Positions 46,386-58,938 of a DNA stretch of 64,000 nt are shown one piece after another (position 1 is the stretch's first letter; each line of letters begins with the position of its first letter). The notes beneath the pieces were generated by a model. That model saw nothing but the letters and a program-made list of their open reading frames with translations, was not told the DNA's origin and made no database searches. The stretch covers positions 103,153,276 through 103,217,275 of the forward strand of contig NC_057718.1 of the NCBI RefSeq assembly GCF_004010195.1, written 5' to 3'. The DNA is from Chiloscyllium plagiosum (taxonomy: Eukaryota). The position numbers were made by a program, and so were the translations under genes.

Positions 46386-46622
46386 AGTGAGCATGTGTAT
46401 GTATGTGCGAGTGTACATGCATATATGTTTCTGTGTGTGTTTGCATGTGTTTGTCTGTGTTTGTCTGTGTGCATATGTGTATGTGCATGTGTGCATGAAT
46501 GAGTGTTTGCGTGTGTGCATATGAGTGTGTGTACCAGTTTGTGTGTGTCTGTATCTGTGAGTGAGTCTGTGTGTGTGAGTGAGTGTGTGTCTGAGTGTGT
46601 GTGTGTGTGTCTGTGTGTGTGT
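46368..46622. repeat. Degenerate (GT)n microsatellite
   Basis: About 250 bp of interrupted GT/GA dinucleotide repeat. Confidence 0.95.
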
Positions 46623-46670
46623 ATTTACAGCCTATGAATGTTGCCATGTTAACAACCTATGAGAGGGGTA

Positions 46671-46760
46671 ACAGGGATCCAGTCCTGGAGATCACTACAG
46701 GGTAATGGATTACAGGGATCCAGTCCTGGAGATCACTGCAGGGTGATAGATTACAGGGAT
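46671..46760. repeat. 41-bp tandem repeat, about 2.2 copies
   Basis: ACAGGGAT starts at 46671, 46712 and 46753; unit ACAGGGATCCAGTCCTGGAGATCACTRCAGGGTRATRGATT. Confidence 0.9.
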
Positions 46761-47159
46761 TCTGAACCTTTGCCCTCATTCACTCAGGGACTGATGATAA
46801 TTATGGGTCATCCACGATAAACTCAACTGAGACCACAACTCTGACCTTGACCTCACTTTTCTGCCTGTTCCAATCCATTATGCCACACACTTCCCCGTTT
46901 GTATTACCTTCTCTGTGCTTTATTGGTGTGGTCGGTGGGTTACCTGTTCTATAGTGAACATGCCAATGCAGCTCAGATTTTGGTTGCCTTTTTAAAAGAG
47001 GTGAGCTGCACTGCTCGGTAATTTTTTAATATATCCTTTTATTGATAGTAATCTGTTTCATGATAGTAATTAGAATATATTAAAATGTCAAATTTAGTAG
47101 TTGGACTATATCCTTGGTGAGAGTAAAACATTTAAATTGCAGAAGTAATTATTTAAATT

Positions 47160-47500
47160 GCAGAAATTCAGCAAGGCTTCTCAAACAACACCTTCCAAAC
47201 CCACAGCCACTTCCATCTAGAAGGACAAGGGCAACAGATACATGGGAATACCACCCCCTGCAAGTTCCCCTCTGAGCCAATCACCACCTTGACTTGGAAA
47301 TATATCGCCGTTCCTTCAATGTCATTGGGTTAAGATCCTGGAATTCCCTCCCTAAGGGCATTGTGGGTCAACCTACAGCACATGGGCTGCAGCGGTTCAA
47401 GAAGGCAGCTCACCCCCACCTTCTCAAGGGGCAATTAGGGATGGGCAATAAATGCTGGGCCCAGCCAGTAACACCCATATCCTATGGGTGAATGAAAATG
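47160..47500 (+). mobile_element. CR1/L2-type LINE 3' end
   Basis: LEIYRRSFNVIGLRSWNSLPKGIVG..GLQRFKKAAHPHLLKG plus tail; reverse complement of 26400-26700. Confidence 0.85.
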
Positions 47501-48095
47501 AAACCCAATGTTTTATTTTGTTGATGTGGTAGAACATATGCTTCCATATGGGAATAGATATGCAGATATTATTATAATATTTGATGCATGATATTTAGTC
47601 TGATACTAGCCTTGGGTCCTGGTCTAATCAGGAAAGGAACCTTTGGGTTAGACTGTACAGATGTCAAGGGGACAGGTTGGCAGTGGGTGTGGTGATTGTG
47701 TAAAATTACAGCTCTGTGGATATATTGCACCTTATCACAGGTTAACCTGACTGCTGGTTTGTCACTGGTTTTGTTTTCAAGGGGCCTGTTTCTCCTATTG
47801 CTGGTTGCAAATTGCTTTTCCAAGACGAAGAGTTCTGGTCGTTTCTCTGGTGGGATTTTCTGATCAGAGGTATTCCCTTCTCAGCAGCTGTTCAGCTTTG
47901 CAGTCCAATCTTGCAGGGGTCCTATTTTGATAGATTGTTTTTTTTTTAAAGTCCATCTCTTCTCCAAATGATTTTGATCTGTTTACTGACCTTCCCTGTG
48001 GCCACAACTTTCTAGGGAGTGGATCCTGATGCTGCCACCATCTTTTATCAGCTTTTATCATGTGCTTCAAAAACAGACTGGTCACAGAAAAGACA

Positions 48096-48320
48096 GAGCT
48101 GAAAACGTGGTGCTGGAAAAGCACAGCAGGTCAGGCAGCATCCAAGGAGCAGGAGAATCGACGTTTCGGGCATGAGCCCTTCTTCAGGAATGAGGAAAGT
48201 GAAGAAGGGCTCATGCCCGAAACGTCGATTCTCCTGCTCCTTTGATGCTGCCTGACCTGCTGCGCTTTTCCAGCAACACATTTTCGGCTCTGATCTCCAG
48301 CATCTGCAGCCCTCACTTTC
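48096..48320. mobile_element. Fold-back PLE family A cassette
   Basis: Minus-strand intact core CTGAAGAAGGGCTCATGCCCGAAACGTC (48160-48187) and a plus-strand copy lacking the first C; perfect 14-bp TSD TCACAGAAAAGACA at 48082-48095 / 48321-48334. Confidence 0.9.
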
Positions 48321-48874
48321 TCACAGAAAAGACAAAGTCAAGAAAAGTCATCAGGCCTAGATTTCAAATCAACATTATTTATTGCACAATCATACTGAAC
48401 ATTGCTTTACATGGCCATCATAAATAAAGTAGACTCTGACTTATATTATTTCAAGACCATGCTATCTTCTTCATGTGTTCACATTTGTGCTCTCCCAATT
48501 GACAGAGTTCCCTCTCATGTTCTGGTTGCACTATATTCTAACTCCGCCCACACTACTATTTATCACCAGAGATGTGCAGCTCCATGATATTATCACAAGG
48601 CTGCTCCGTGGTCCTGAAGCCCTTACACAGCAGTTTGTGATAATCTTTTACCTGATCAAACAGAATTAAAATTCCAATCACTGTTTGGATCGCTGGAAAT
48701 TAAAGAGGATTTGGGATAAACTGTCACAGGTTACAGCTGCACAACACAGCGATCCTTAATTGTAAGCCCAGCTTTTCACCTTGTAATCTGAAACAATCTG
48801 AAAATTACAGTTATTTTGTCATTATCCTCTTTTTAGTCTGTTCACGCTTAGCATGTTACCTTGTTCAGCAGAGT

Positions 48875-49070
48875 TAAAAATTAACCCCAGATTATAGTCC
48901 AACAGGTTTATTTGGAAGCACTAGCTTTCGGAGTGCTGCTCCTTCATCAGGTAGCTCCTTTGCAGCGCTCTGAAAGCTAGTGCTCCCAAATAAACCTGTT
49001 GGACTATAACCTGGGGTTGTGTGATTTTTAACTTTGTCCACCCCAGTCCAACACCGGAATCTCCACGTCA
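48875..49070. mobile_element. Fold-back cassette, probable PLE family C, with hammerhead motif
   Basis: Arms TTATAGTCCAACAGGTTTATTTGG.AGCACTAGCTTTC / GAAAGCTAGTGCT.CCAAATAAACCTGTTGGACTATAA; minus-strand CTGATGA(A)-GGAG CAGCA CTCC-GAAAGC-TA at 48922-48950. Confidence 0.75.
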
Positions 49071-50029
49071 TGGTGACCATCGTTCAGCAAAGATTGCAAA
49101 GTGAGAAGGGAATCAGAACAGTGAAATTGTCAGACAAGGCCAATAGAGAGATTAACCACTCTCTGATTTACAATTGCCAAACGCATTGTAATTCGGACCC
49201 AGTTTTGTTTTGCAATGTTACCTAACTTCTATAACATGACTAATCTGTCCTGCTCCGCCCTCGGTACACCTTTTCATTAAGGCCTGAAGCACATCTTGAA
49301 CACGTAACCGACGACTGGTTAAAGTGCACTCTTCACGATTTACTCTAGTGTCGTTTCATTTTGCCAGAGTGCAGACACGGAACTGGAGGTTGGAACTGAA
49401 AGGCGAGCTTTATTAATGTGGCATGTCACCAGACGCGGACTGGAATATTCCCTGTTAAACCCTCATTCATTACTGAGTGGCATTAGCGACATGTGAAGTA
49501 CACTTGACTCTGTGAGAACAAGCTCTTCGCCCTGGAATAGCTATTAAAAGTTGAACCCCACTGAAATTAGGATTCATTATTTTTTTGTCAATAACATTAG
49601 TGATCGGAACCAACTTTTTGACATTTCACCTTGCAATTTAAGAAAACCTCAAATGGTTTTAGAACATGTTAGAATGTCAGTGTCGTGTTTCTCCAAAGCT
49701 TTATTTGGTTTACAAATTACATGATGCTTACTGACAGTTCCTAAATTGAAAAATTATGTGCTCACTGATTCTGGGAGGCTCGTTTCCTCCCACTGCCTCT
49801 GCAACCCGAGAATCTAAATGCCCAATCTATATTTAATGCAGATTGGAAAATATACTTTGAGTTTGATTTTGGGCTCCAAAAATCGGCCTTTAAGTTCCTC
49901 TATTGATGCAAAGAAGTTGAAGATTGTTATCAGATCTGAAAGGAGCCATGATTCAGTTGGGGATATGATGAGGATTTTTACTGTCAAGAAATGTATCACA
50001 ACAACAGAAAAAAATCAGCAAGTAATCAA

Positions 50030-50272
50030 AAACGAAAAGAACTGCGGATGCCGTAAATCAGAAACAAAGCTAGAAATTGCTGGACAGGCTCATCAGGTCT
50101 GGCAGCATTGGGAGAGAAATCGGGGTCAGTGTTTCGGGTCAAGTGATCTTTCCTCGGAATGTTAGAGGGATATGGGTCAAACGCAGGCAAATGGGACTGT
50201 TCAGTTTTGGAAACCTGGTCGGCATGGATTAGTTGGACTGAAGGGTCTGTTTCCATGCTGTATGACTGTATG
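50030..50272. mobile_element. Family B PLE end (50030-50160, minus) abutting a CR1 extreme 3' end (50160-50272, plus)
   Basis: AACTGCGGATGC..GAAATTGCTGG..CAGGTCTGGCAGCAT..GTTTCGGGTCA; then GGATATGGG..GGACTGAAGGGTCTGTTTCCATGCTGTATGACT. Confidence 0.7.
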
Positions 50273-50502
50273 AGAAGTTAAACCTTGGACCAGGTGAATC
50301 TTAAAAATCAAATGGCACTAAAGATAGATTTTATCCTGCTCCAACTCCACTTCGATTTACTCCTTTCCTCTCTCCCCACTCCCCCGCCTCTTCACTTCTA
50401 ATGGCTTGCATTGCCCATAATGGGCTTTGCATGTAAATGTTTAATTGGCTACACAGGTGATTACTGGAGTAGTTAATTGAAAAGAAACGAAAAAAAAAGT
50501 CA

Positions 50503-51285
50503 CAGCAGATGGAGTTTAATCCAGACAAATGTGAGGTGATGCATTTGGAAGGTCAAGTACAAGTGGAAATTACACAGTGAATGTCAGAACCCTTAGGAGT
50601 ATTGATACGCAGAGGGATCTGGGTGTGCAGGTCTACAGCTCACTGAAGGTGGCAGTGCTGGTAGATAATGTAGTAAAAAAGGCCTGTGGCATGCTTACCT
50701 TCATTGGAAAGGGCATTGAGTATAAGGATAGACAGGTTACGCTGCAGCTTTATAGAACTTTAGTTAAACTACACTTGAAATGCTGTGTACAGTTCTGGTC
50801 ACCACACTACCAGAAGGATGCATATGCTTTAGAGAGGTTAAAGAAAAGGTTTACCAGGATGTTGCCTGGTGTGGGGGATTTTAGCGATGAAGAAAGGTTA
50901 AGATAAACTGGATTTGTTTTCACTGGAACGCAGGAGGTTGAGGGGCAACCTGATAGAAGTTTATAAGGTTGTGATTATGGATAGAGCGGCAAGTATGAGG
51001 CTTTTTCTCAAGGTGGAGGGGTCAATTACTGGGGGAACACAGGTTCACGGTGTGAGGACGGGAGTTTAAAAGAGATGTGCGAGGCAGGTGTTTCACACAA
51101 AGGATGGGGAGTGCCTGGAACATGCTGCCAGAGGAGAGGGGGTGGAAGCAGACACAATAGCAGCATTCAAGTAGCACCTGGACGGATACATGAACAGGAA
51201 GGGAATAGAGGGAAGACAGGTTTAGTATGGAAGGGCAAATGTGTCAGTACAGGCTGTGCTGTACTGTTGTTCCTTCTTTATGGAT
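50503..51285 (+). mobile_element. CR1 LINE 3' fragment
   Basis: QMEFNPDKCEVMH; ORF 50577-50906 QRDLGVQV..LYRTLVKLHLKCCVQFWSPHYQKD..ALERLKKRFTRMLPG. Confidence 0.9.
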
Positions 51286-52180
51286 TACAAGCAGTAAACA
51301 GCATTGAAGCAGGCCATTCAGTCCATTCAGACTATGCCAGCATTAGTGATCCACTAATTAATCCATTCATTAACCTTCTCATATCCTTCATACCTCAGCC
51401 AGAGCAACATTGCTCTATACCTTTCCCTCTCATTTGGTTATCTAGCCTCTGTTCGGTGGGTTGAGTGATTTGTCCCACTTGTTCCTGGTAAAACTGACCA
51501 ATATCTAGTTGCTGAAGGCGGCTTGGATACAGGGGATGAGCAGCGGGCGGAGATCCTGGCCGATTTGTAAACCCTCAGTTCCACTCTGCTACCTTTTCCA
51601 TTGTTGAGTTTGGTATCCATTTTCAATGTTTACTAAGAGTGAAGGGATGCCTGTTCAGGTCGGCATAGCAATGGATTGGAAACAAAATGGGAGGATTAGA
51701 CATTTCAAGCCTCAAATTTGACAAATTCCCCTCCGTGGCGTCAGACGAAATTGGGGCTTTTTCTGACACATTTAGAATTACAGCCCCTACACTGTGTTTG
51801 AAGCATCATCACTCTATTTCCTGGAGCTTTTCAAGACCATGAGACATAGGAGCAGTTGTAGGTCATTCAGCCCATCGAGACTGGTACCCACCATCAATGA
51901 GATCATGGCTCATCTGTTAATCCTCAAATCTAATTTCTGCCTTTTAAGGATTATTTTCACTTTTGTTTGGAGGAAACGAAATCCAGCTGGAGAAAACCTG
52001 ATTATTTTAGACTCATTCTCCCTCTCTCTCAATCTCTCCCTCTCCCCCTCTCTTTGTCATCAGGCACACATTGTTCCTAACATGGTCCCATTTCCCTGTC
52101 AGAGGCTACATTGAGGAGCTGTGGAAGGCTCCCATATGTGACCTGTCCACCACAAGGGGCAGTTATCCCCAGTTCCAGCT

Positions 52181-52487
52181 GATTAGATTAGATTACTTAC
52201 AGTGTGGAAACAGGCCCTTCAGCCCAACAAGTCCACACCGACCCTCCAAAGCACAACCCACCCAGACCCATTCCCCTACATTTACTTCTTCACCTAACAC
52301 TATGGGTAATTTAGCATGGCCAATTCATCTAACCTGTACATTTTTGGATTGTGGGAGGAAACCGGAGCATCCGGAGGAAACCCACGCAGACACTGAGAGA
52401 ATGTGCAAACTGCACACAGAGTTGCCTGAGGCGCGAATTGAACCCAGGTCTCTGGCGCTGTGAGGCAGCAGTGCTAACCACTGTACC
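52181..52487 (-). mobile_element. HE1-like V-SINE
   Basis: (GATTA)3 tail, V-domain and TGAGGCAGCAGTGCTAACCAC head on the reverse strand. Confidence 0.9.
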
Positions 52488-52585
52488 GATGGAATCTGAT
52501 CACTGCTCTCCACCCTATCCCTCCTCACCATGGCAGCAACCCCCTGCTGTGTCTGTACTTACACATCAGGCTGCCTGTCTGCACA

Positions 52586-52780
52586 GTCGAGAATGTGGCG
52601 CTGGAAAAGCACAGCAGGTCAGGCAGCATCCGGGGAGCAGGAGAATCAACATTTCGGAATAAAGAGCTTATGCCTGAAACATCGATTCTCCTGCTCCTTG
52701 GATGCTGCCTGACCTGCTGTACTTTTCCAGAACCATACTCTCGACTTTGATCTCCAGCATCTGTAGTCCTAACTTTCTCC
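52586..52780. mobile_element. Fold-back PLE family A cassette (older, centre deleted)
   Basis: Inverted arms around 52660; degenerate TSD CTGCCTGTCTGCACAGTC / CTGCCCGTTTGCATAGCC (14/18). Confidence 0.8.
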
Positions 52781-52799
52781 TGCCCGTTTGCATAGCCAT

Positions 52800-53006
52800 A
52801 TAGAACTTAGAACATAGAACTGCACAGGCTGTTCGGCCCTCGATGTTATGCTGACCTGTTATCCTACTCTAAGATCTACATTAACTTACATACCCTTCAT
52901 TGTACTATCATCCAAGTGCCTATCCAAGAGTCGCTTAAATGTCCCTAATGTATCTGATTCTACTATCACTGCTGGCAGTGCATTCCACGCACCCACCACT
53001 CTGTGT
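52800..53006 (-). mobile_element. CR1 3' end
   Basis: (TAGAACA)n tail, TTCGGCCCTCGATGTT, GCTGGCAGTGCATTCCACGCACCCACCACTCTG. Confidence 0.8.
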
Positions 53007-53609
53007 ATAAGGATAAAACCCAGGAGAGAACACACTTAGTCGTGTATTTTCTGTTTCTTGAATGAGGAAATGGGTGTTTCAAAACATACACTTGCTCAGA
53101 AGAATGTTTCATATACCTGCGGAGTATTGTATTTCATCAATAGACATAACATACTGCAGGAAAGAAATGATCTTAATTTGTATAAGCTAATAGTAAATGT
53201 GTACAAATACCAAACTAAGTACTGGAACTGGAAGCACATGTGTCATTCCACAGACAAACTTGACAATTCTATCGGCTGTAGGCATTCATTTCTTCCATGG
53301 CTTCAGTCTTGGGGATTTTTTTTTGTGAATGTCATTTGGTTATACCTTTTGTTAAGGCCAACAGCTGCAGCCATGAGAAGCCAAAGATCTTAAATTGAGC
53401 AACAGGCCCAGGCAGGCTGTTCCCACATTACTGCCATCACCGAGGTGAAGACCACTTGTCCAGTGGCAGGGCCTGGGAGAGGGGCTTGAGTGGTCAGAGG
53501 CAGGGGGGAGGGAGGCATAAGAATCATGGAATCGTGGTGGTAGTGTTCAATTGCTGAGGGAAACATTTATATTTCACCCAGACTGGTGCAAGATAAGGCC
53601 ATACAAACA

Positions 53610-54800
53610 CAAGACAAAGGAGCTGAAATAGAGCATTCATAGAGTCATAGAGTCCCACAGCACAGAGACAAACCCTTTGGCCCAAACTGGTCCACACTGA
53701 CCAAAATGACCATCCACGCTACACCATTCCCTGCACTTGGTCCATATCCTTCTAATCCTTTCGGCCCATCAACACTGCTCCACCATTCAATCAGATTGTG
53801 GTTGATCTGATAATCTTCAAATCCATTTTCCTGCCTTTCCCCTTGATTCCCTTCTTCATTAAAGATCTGTCTCTCTCAGCCTTGAATATACTTATGACCC
53901 AGCCTCGACACCTCTCTGCAGTAAATAATTACACAGATTCATTACCCTCTGACAGATGAAATTCCTCCTCATCTCTGTTGTAAATGGGCCACCCCCTCAT
54001 TCTGAGATGATGCCCTTAGGTCTGAGATTCTCCCACCAGGAGAAACAACGTCTCCACATTCACCCTGTCAAGTCCCCGAAGCATCTTGTAAGTTTCTATA
54101 AGGTCACCTCTCATTCTTCTAAATTCCAACAAGCACTGGCTCAATCTACTCACCTCTCCACATCGGATGTCCCTCCATACCTGGCCTCAGCTGAGGGAAC
54201 TTTCCCAGGACAGTCCCCAATCCCAAATTCCACTGTGGTGCAGCTTTCTGCAGTTTTTCTCCATTTAAATAATGTTCAACTCTTCTGTTCTTCCTGCCAA
54301 AATGCATAACCTCACACTTTCCCACATTATCCTCTGTCTTCCAGGTTTTTGCTCACTTGCTTAATCTGTCTATGTCCCACTGTTGATTCTTTATTTCATC
54401 CTTACTATGTGCTTTCTCTCTTATTCAAAATGGCTGTTCAAACATTACCAATCCTGTCCAAGGCAGTAATATATATTGTAAATATTTGTGGCCTCAGTAC
54501 TGATCCCTGTGGAACTCAACTCCACTTCAAAAATGCCCTCCTTATCCCAATTCTCTGCCTTCCATTAGAAAGTTATACCTCAATTCATATTGAGCCCCAA
54601 CATCACAGTCTCTTACCTTACTGAGTAGCCTATCATGTAGGACCTTATCAGACACCTTTTGTAAATCTACATAATTCACATCTACCAGTTCCCCTCTATG
54701 TATCTTGCTTGGTACCTGTTCAAAGAATTCACATAAGTTTGTCACATATGATTAATACTTCATGAAGATGTTTCTAAATGTTCTGCTGTTTAATCCTTTG
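53610..54800 (-). mobile_element. CR1 fragments, with a second short CR1 3' end nested at about 53637-53760
   Basis: ORF 54542-54745(-) TNLCEFFEQV..VDVNYVDLQKVSDKVLHDRLLSKV; 3' sequence resembles 18158-18635. Confidence 0.85.
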
Positions 54801-54854
54801 TATTGGACTCTAACATTTTTGCCTTGTTGTTTCTCACCTCTGTCCATCAGCATT

Positions 54855-55600
54855 CAACATCATCAGGCCCTGAGGAGTGTTGCTGAACAAAGAGTATTTG
54901 GAGTGTAGGTTCATAGCTCCTTGAAAGTGGAGTTTCAGGTAGATAGGATAGTGAAGAAGGTGTTTGGTATGCTTTCCTTTATTGGACAGTGCATTGACTA
55001 TAGGAGTTGGGAGGTCATGTTGTGACTGTACATTTTGTGGTTGTTTCAGCCACTTTTGGGATATTGCATACAATTCTGGTCTCCCTCCTATCAGAAGGAT
55101 GTTGTAAAACTTGAAAGGGTTCAGAAAAGATCTACAAGGATGTTGCCAGGGTTGGAGAATTAGAGCTACAGGGAGAGGTTGAATAGGCTGGGGCTGTTTT
55201 CCCTGCACTATTGGAGGCTGAGGGGTGAACTTATAGAGTTTTATAAAATCATGAGGGGCATGGATAAAATAAATAGACAAAGTTTTTTCCCTGGGGTGGG
55301 GGAGTCCAGAACTAGAGGGCATAGGTTTAGGGTGAGAGGGGAAAGATATAAAAGAGACCTAAGGGGCAACTTTTTCACACAGACAGTGGTGCATGTATGG
55401 AAAGAGCTGCCAGAGGGAAGTGGTGGAGGCTGGTACAATTGCAATATTTAAAAGGCACATGGATGGGTATATGAATAGGAAGGGTTTGGAGAGATATGGG
55501 CCAAATGCTGGCAAATGGGACTAGATTGAGTTGGGATATCTGGTCGGCATGGACGGGTTGGACCGAAGGGTCTGTTTCCGTGCTGTACATCTCTATGACT
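54855..55600 (+). mobile_element. CR1 LINE 3' fragment
   Basis: ORF 55179-55451 NRLGLFSL..RLRGELIEFYKIMRGMDKI..SRTRGHRFRVRGERYKRDLRGNFFTQ. Confidence 0.92.
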
Positions 55601-55729
55601 GTACAATTGAAGATAATTGCTTGCTGTTGTAACTATTCAAGCCTGTACAGAAGAAGCTGCTCCACCACCTTTTCCTTCCTGCTTGCTGATTTGAGAAGTC
55701 ACATGACCCTAAATAATCCTAAGCATAAC

Positions 55730-56066
55730 AAAGCATAGACTGGATGATCGCTTTGCAGAACACCTACATTCCCAAAAAAGACCCTGAGCTTCCAGTTGCC
55801 TGTCACTTCTACACCCCACCCTGTTCCGTGGCCAACATCTCTGTCTCAGACTTGATGCAGTGTTCCAGTGAAGCTCAGCACAAGCTGGAGAAACAACACC
55901 TTGCTTCCCGCTTGGCAATTCTTGGTAATCTTAGGGTGTGAGCACCGTTCTCCACGCTTTCCCCCACCCTCACACACCAGGTCTTGTTATCTCATGGTCT
56001 GCTATTACACACAATCCCCATTAGCAGCCATTCATTCTCCCAGGCTGATCATTACCCACTCCTTTT

Positions 56067-56097
<31 letters not shown>

Positions 56098-56260
56098 AGG
56101 CTCTATCTGCACCTGTTGTTTACTCCTTACCCCCCTCCCCCTGTATTTTCCCAGCTGCCATCAGTTCTGAGGAAGGGTTACCAGACCCAAAACTCTGATT
56201 TCTCTCCACAGGTGCTGCCAGACCAATTGAGATTTTTCAGCAATCTGTTTTTATTTATTT
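55730..56260 (+). mobile_element. Penelope-like (Neptune-type) family B: GIY-YIG C-terminus and 3' end
   Basis: RLDDRFAEHL/KKDPELPVACHF..SSEAQHKLEKQHLASRL; then AGTTCTGAGGAAGGGTTACCAGACCC..CTCTCCACAGGTGCTGCCAGACC. Confidence 0.8.
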
Positions 56261-57014
56261 AGTTCCCAGCTTTAAACTCCTCTTAACCATGTCTCCATAA
56301 TGGCTACATGATCTATTTATATATTAATTCATTTATTTTATTCTGAGCATTATGCACATTCAAGTAAATATCATTAATTTTGCCTTTTGTCTGTTTGATT
56401 CTCCCTTTCACTCTATTTTGAGCACAAAATGTACTCTGGGTGGGGGTTTTCAGTGTCCACCACTAAGAGTGACTCGGCAGCAGCACTACTGATCGAGTTG
56501 GTCAGGTGCTAAACTGGGTCTGCAGCAGGTGGTGAGGGAACCAACACGAGGGAAACACATACCTGACTTCATCCTTACCAATCCTCCAGCTGCAGATGTA
56601 TCTGTCCATGACGGTATCTGTAAGCGTGATCACCGTCCAGTCCTTGTGCAGACAAAGTCCCACCTTCACATTGAGAATACCCTCTATCGTGTTGTGTGGC
56701 ACTGTCACCGTGCTAAATGGGACTGACTTCAAACAGATCTAGCAACTCAGGACTGGGCATCCATGAGGTGCTGTGTGTCACCAACAGCAGCAGAATTGTA
56801 CTCCAGCACAATCTGTAGCCTCATGGCCTGGCATATCCTCCACTCAACCATTACCATCAAGCCAGGGGATCAACCCTGGTGCAATGGAGAGTGCAGGAGG
56901 GCATGTCAGAAGCAGCAGTGGATATACCCTGAAGATGAGATGTCAACCTGCTGAAGCCACCAAACAGGAATACTTGCCAAACAGCACAAGCTGCATATGG
57001 TGGACAGAGCTAAG

Positions 57015-57147
57015 AGACCCTGATAAAGGGCGTATGCCCGAAATATCAACTCTCCTGCTCCTCGGAAGCTGCCTGATCTGCTGTGCTTTTCCAGTGCCAC
57101 ACCTTTTGTCTCTGACTCTCCAGCATCTGCAGTCCTCACTTTCTCCT
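57015..57147 (+). mobile_element. Single-arm PLE family A end
   Basis: CTGATAAAGGGCGTATGCCCGAAAT..CTCACTTTCTCC; 9-bp TSD AGAGCTAAG at 57006-57014 / 57148-57156. Confidence 0.85.
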
Positions 57148-57687
57148 AGAGCTAAGCAATCCACAACCAACGGATCAGGTCCTGCCACATCCAGTCACAA
57201 ATGGTGGTGAGCAATTAAATAATTCTCCACAAATATCCCCATCCTCAACAATGGAAGAGCCCAGCACATCAGTGCAAAAGGTAAAGCTGAAGCTTTTACA
57301 GCAATCTTCAGTCAGAAAAGCCGAGTTCATGATCCATCTCAGCTTCCTCCAGTGGTCCCCAGCATCACAGATACCAATCTTCAGCCAATTTGATTCACTC
57401 CGCATGATATCAAGAAACAATTGGAGACACTGGATACTGTAAAGGCTATGTGCCCTGACAACAATAAGCTGCTCAGTGACCCTAACTTGGGTTCTACCAG
57501 GGCCACTCAGCCCCTGGTCTCATTACCGCCTTGGTTCAAAAGAGCAGCTATTCAGAGGTGAGGTGCGAGTGCCCGACGTTGACATCAATATTTTGCAGAC
57601 CAACCTCCCATGCCCCACCTCTTTCTCTAGGAATTGCTGCTCCCTCATTGGCATCAAGGCTGCATTTGATCTAGAGTGACATCAAAC

Positions 57688-57958
57688 TCTTCAACACACG
57701 CACCAACAGGTTTAAGAACAGCTCCTTCCCTGCTGTTGTTGGACTGATGAATGGACTGTCTAACTTCAAATAGTGTTGAACCTGTTCATGTTGATCTTGC
57801 TTTGCACACCTCCTGTGCAGTATAATCTGTACGCCTTGCTCTGTCTGAGCATCCTATGGACTGTACATCCTTGCTTAATATGATCTGCCTGTACTGCTCG
57901 CAAACAAAGCTTTTCACTGTACTTAGGTACATGGGACAACAATAAATCAAATTGAATC
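57688..57958 (+). mobile_element. Rex1-type 3' end
   Basis: TRTNRFKNSSFPAVVGLMN-like ORF end, then 3' UTR CTTTTCACTGTAC..GACAACAATAAATCAAAT. Confidence 0.75.
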
Positions 57959-58938
57959 TGGAACCAATGGGTATCGGGGGCAAGCTCTCTGCTGGCTGGA
58001 GCCATACTTGGCACAGAGGAAGATGGTCATGGTTGTTGGAAGTCACCATTCTGACTTGGAAATATATCGCTGTTCCTTCAGTCAAAATCCTGGAATTCCC
58101 TCCCTAAGGGCATTGTGGGTCTACCCACAGCACGTGGACTGCAGCGGTTTAGGAAGGCAGCTCAACCCCACCTTCTCAAGGGGCAACTAGGTATAGGTGA
58201 TAAACACCAGCCCATGTCTCACGAGTGAATTTATGAAAATATGTAAATAAAATGCAGGGGCTGAAAAACTTTGTAATGCTGTCATGTGTGCCAATTTGTT
58301 TAAAATTATCCACATTCTAATGGATAGCTGCTGCATTTCACATGACTCCATTTGTAATGTTATCGGAACAAACAGAAACACAGAATTATGTTATAGATTT
58401 CCTACTTCAGGGCAGGAATTCTGCTGCCATTGTTCCGGGACTGGGTGGGGGGTGGTATATGACAACCTCACTACATTGTTGATGCCAGGGAGCATTGCTC
58501 ATTGATTAGCTTGGGTAATCACATCTTCGTTAATCAAATTTCTCTAATATTCTGTCACATTTTTTACATTATGCTGCATTATTTTTCCAATTTGATTTCT
58601 TCAGTGCTTGACGTTGTTTTGTCTGTGGCTAAAGTGATTAGATTACAGAGTCTTGCATGGCTGTATCTTTAAGCTGGCTGGCCCAAGCTGGGACAGGCTA
58701 TGTCTGATAATGCTCCATAGGGTATGGATAGATGCAGGACAACAGGTTTGGTTCAGTGGGTGATGGAGGGAGCAGTAATTCCTAGAGAAAGAGGTGCGGG
58801 TGGTGTTGGTCTGCAAAATATTACTTTTATAGTGGGGTTGCTTTCAACAGAGGCATAGTGATTACTTAGGCATTCTGTCAAATAAAAATGAAACAAAGGC
58901 TGGAGAAAAAACTATGCAATTTCTTTCTTTTTCAAAAC

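Larger units (their letters stand above)
56460..58240 (+). mobile_element. CR1/L2-type LINE, heavily deleted, interrupted by PLE and Rex1 ends
   Basis: QVVREPTRGKHIPDFILTN..KRDHRPVLV (APE endonuclease end); ITIKPGDQPWCNGECRRAC. The 3' part matches 47290-47490 and the reverse complement of 27360-27560. Confidence 0.85.

Noticed and set aside
46321..46647. His/Thr-rich 108-aa ORF
   Set aside because: Translation of a (CA)n microsatellite.
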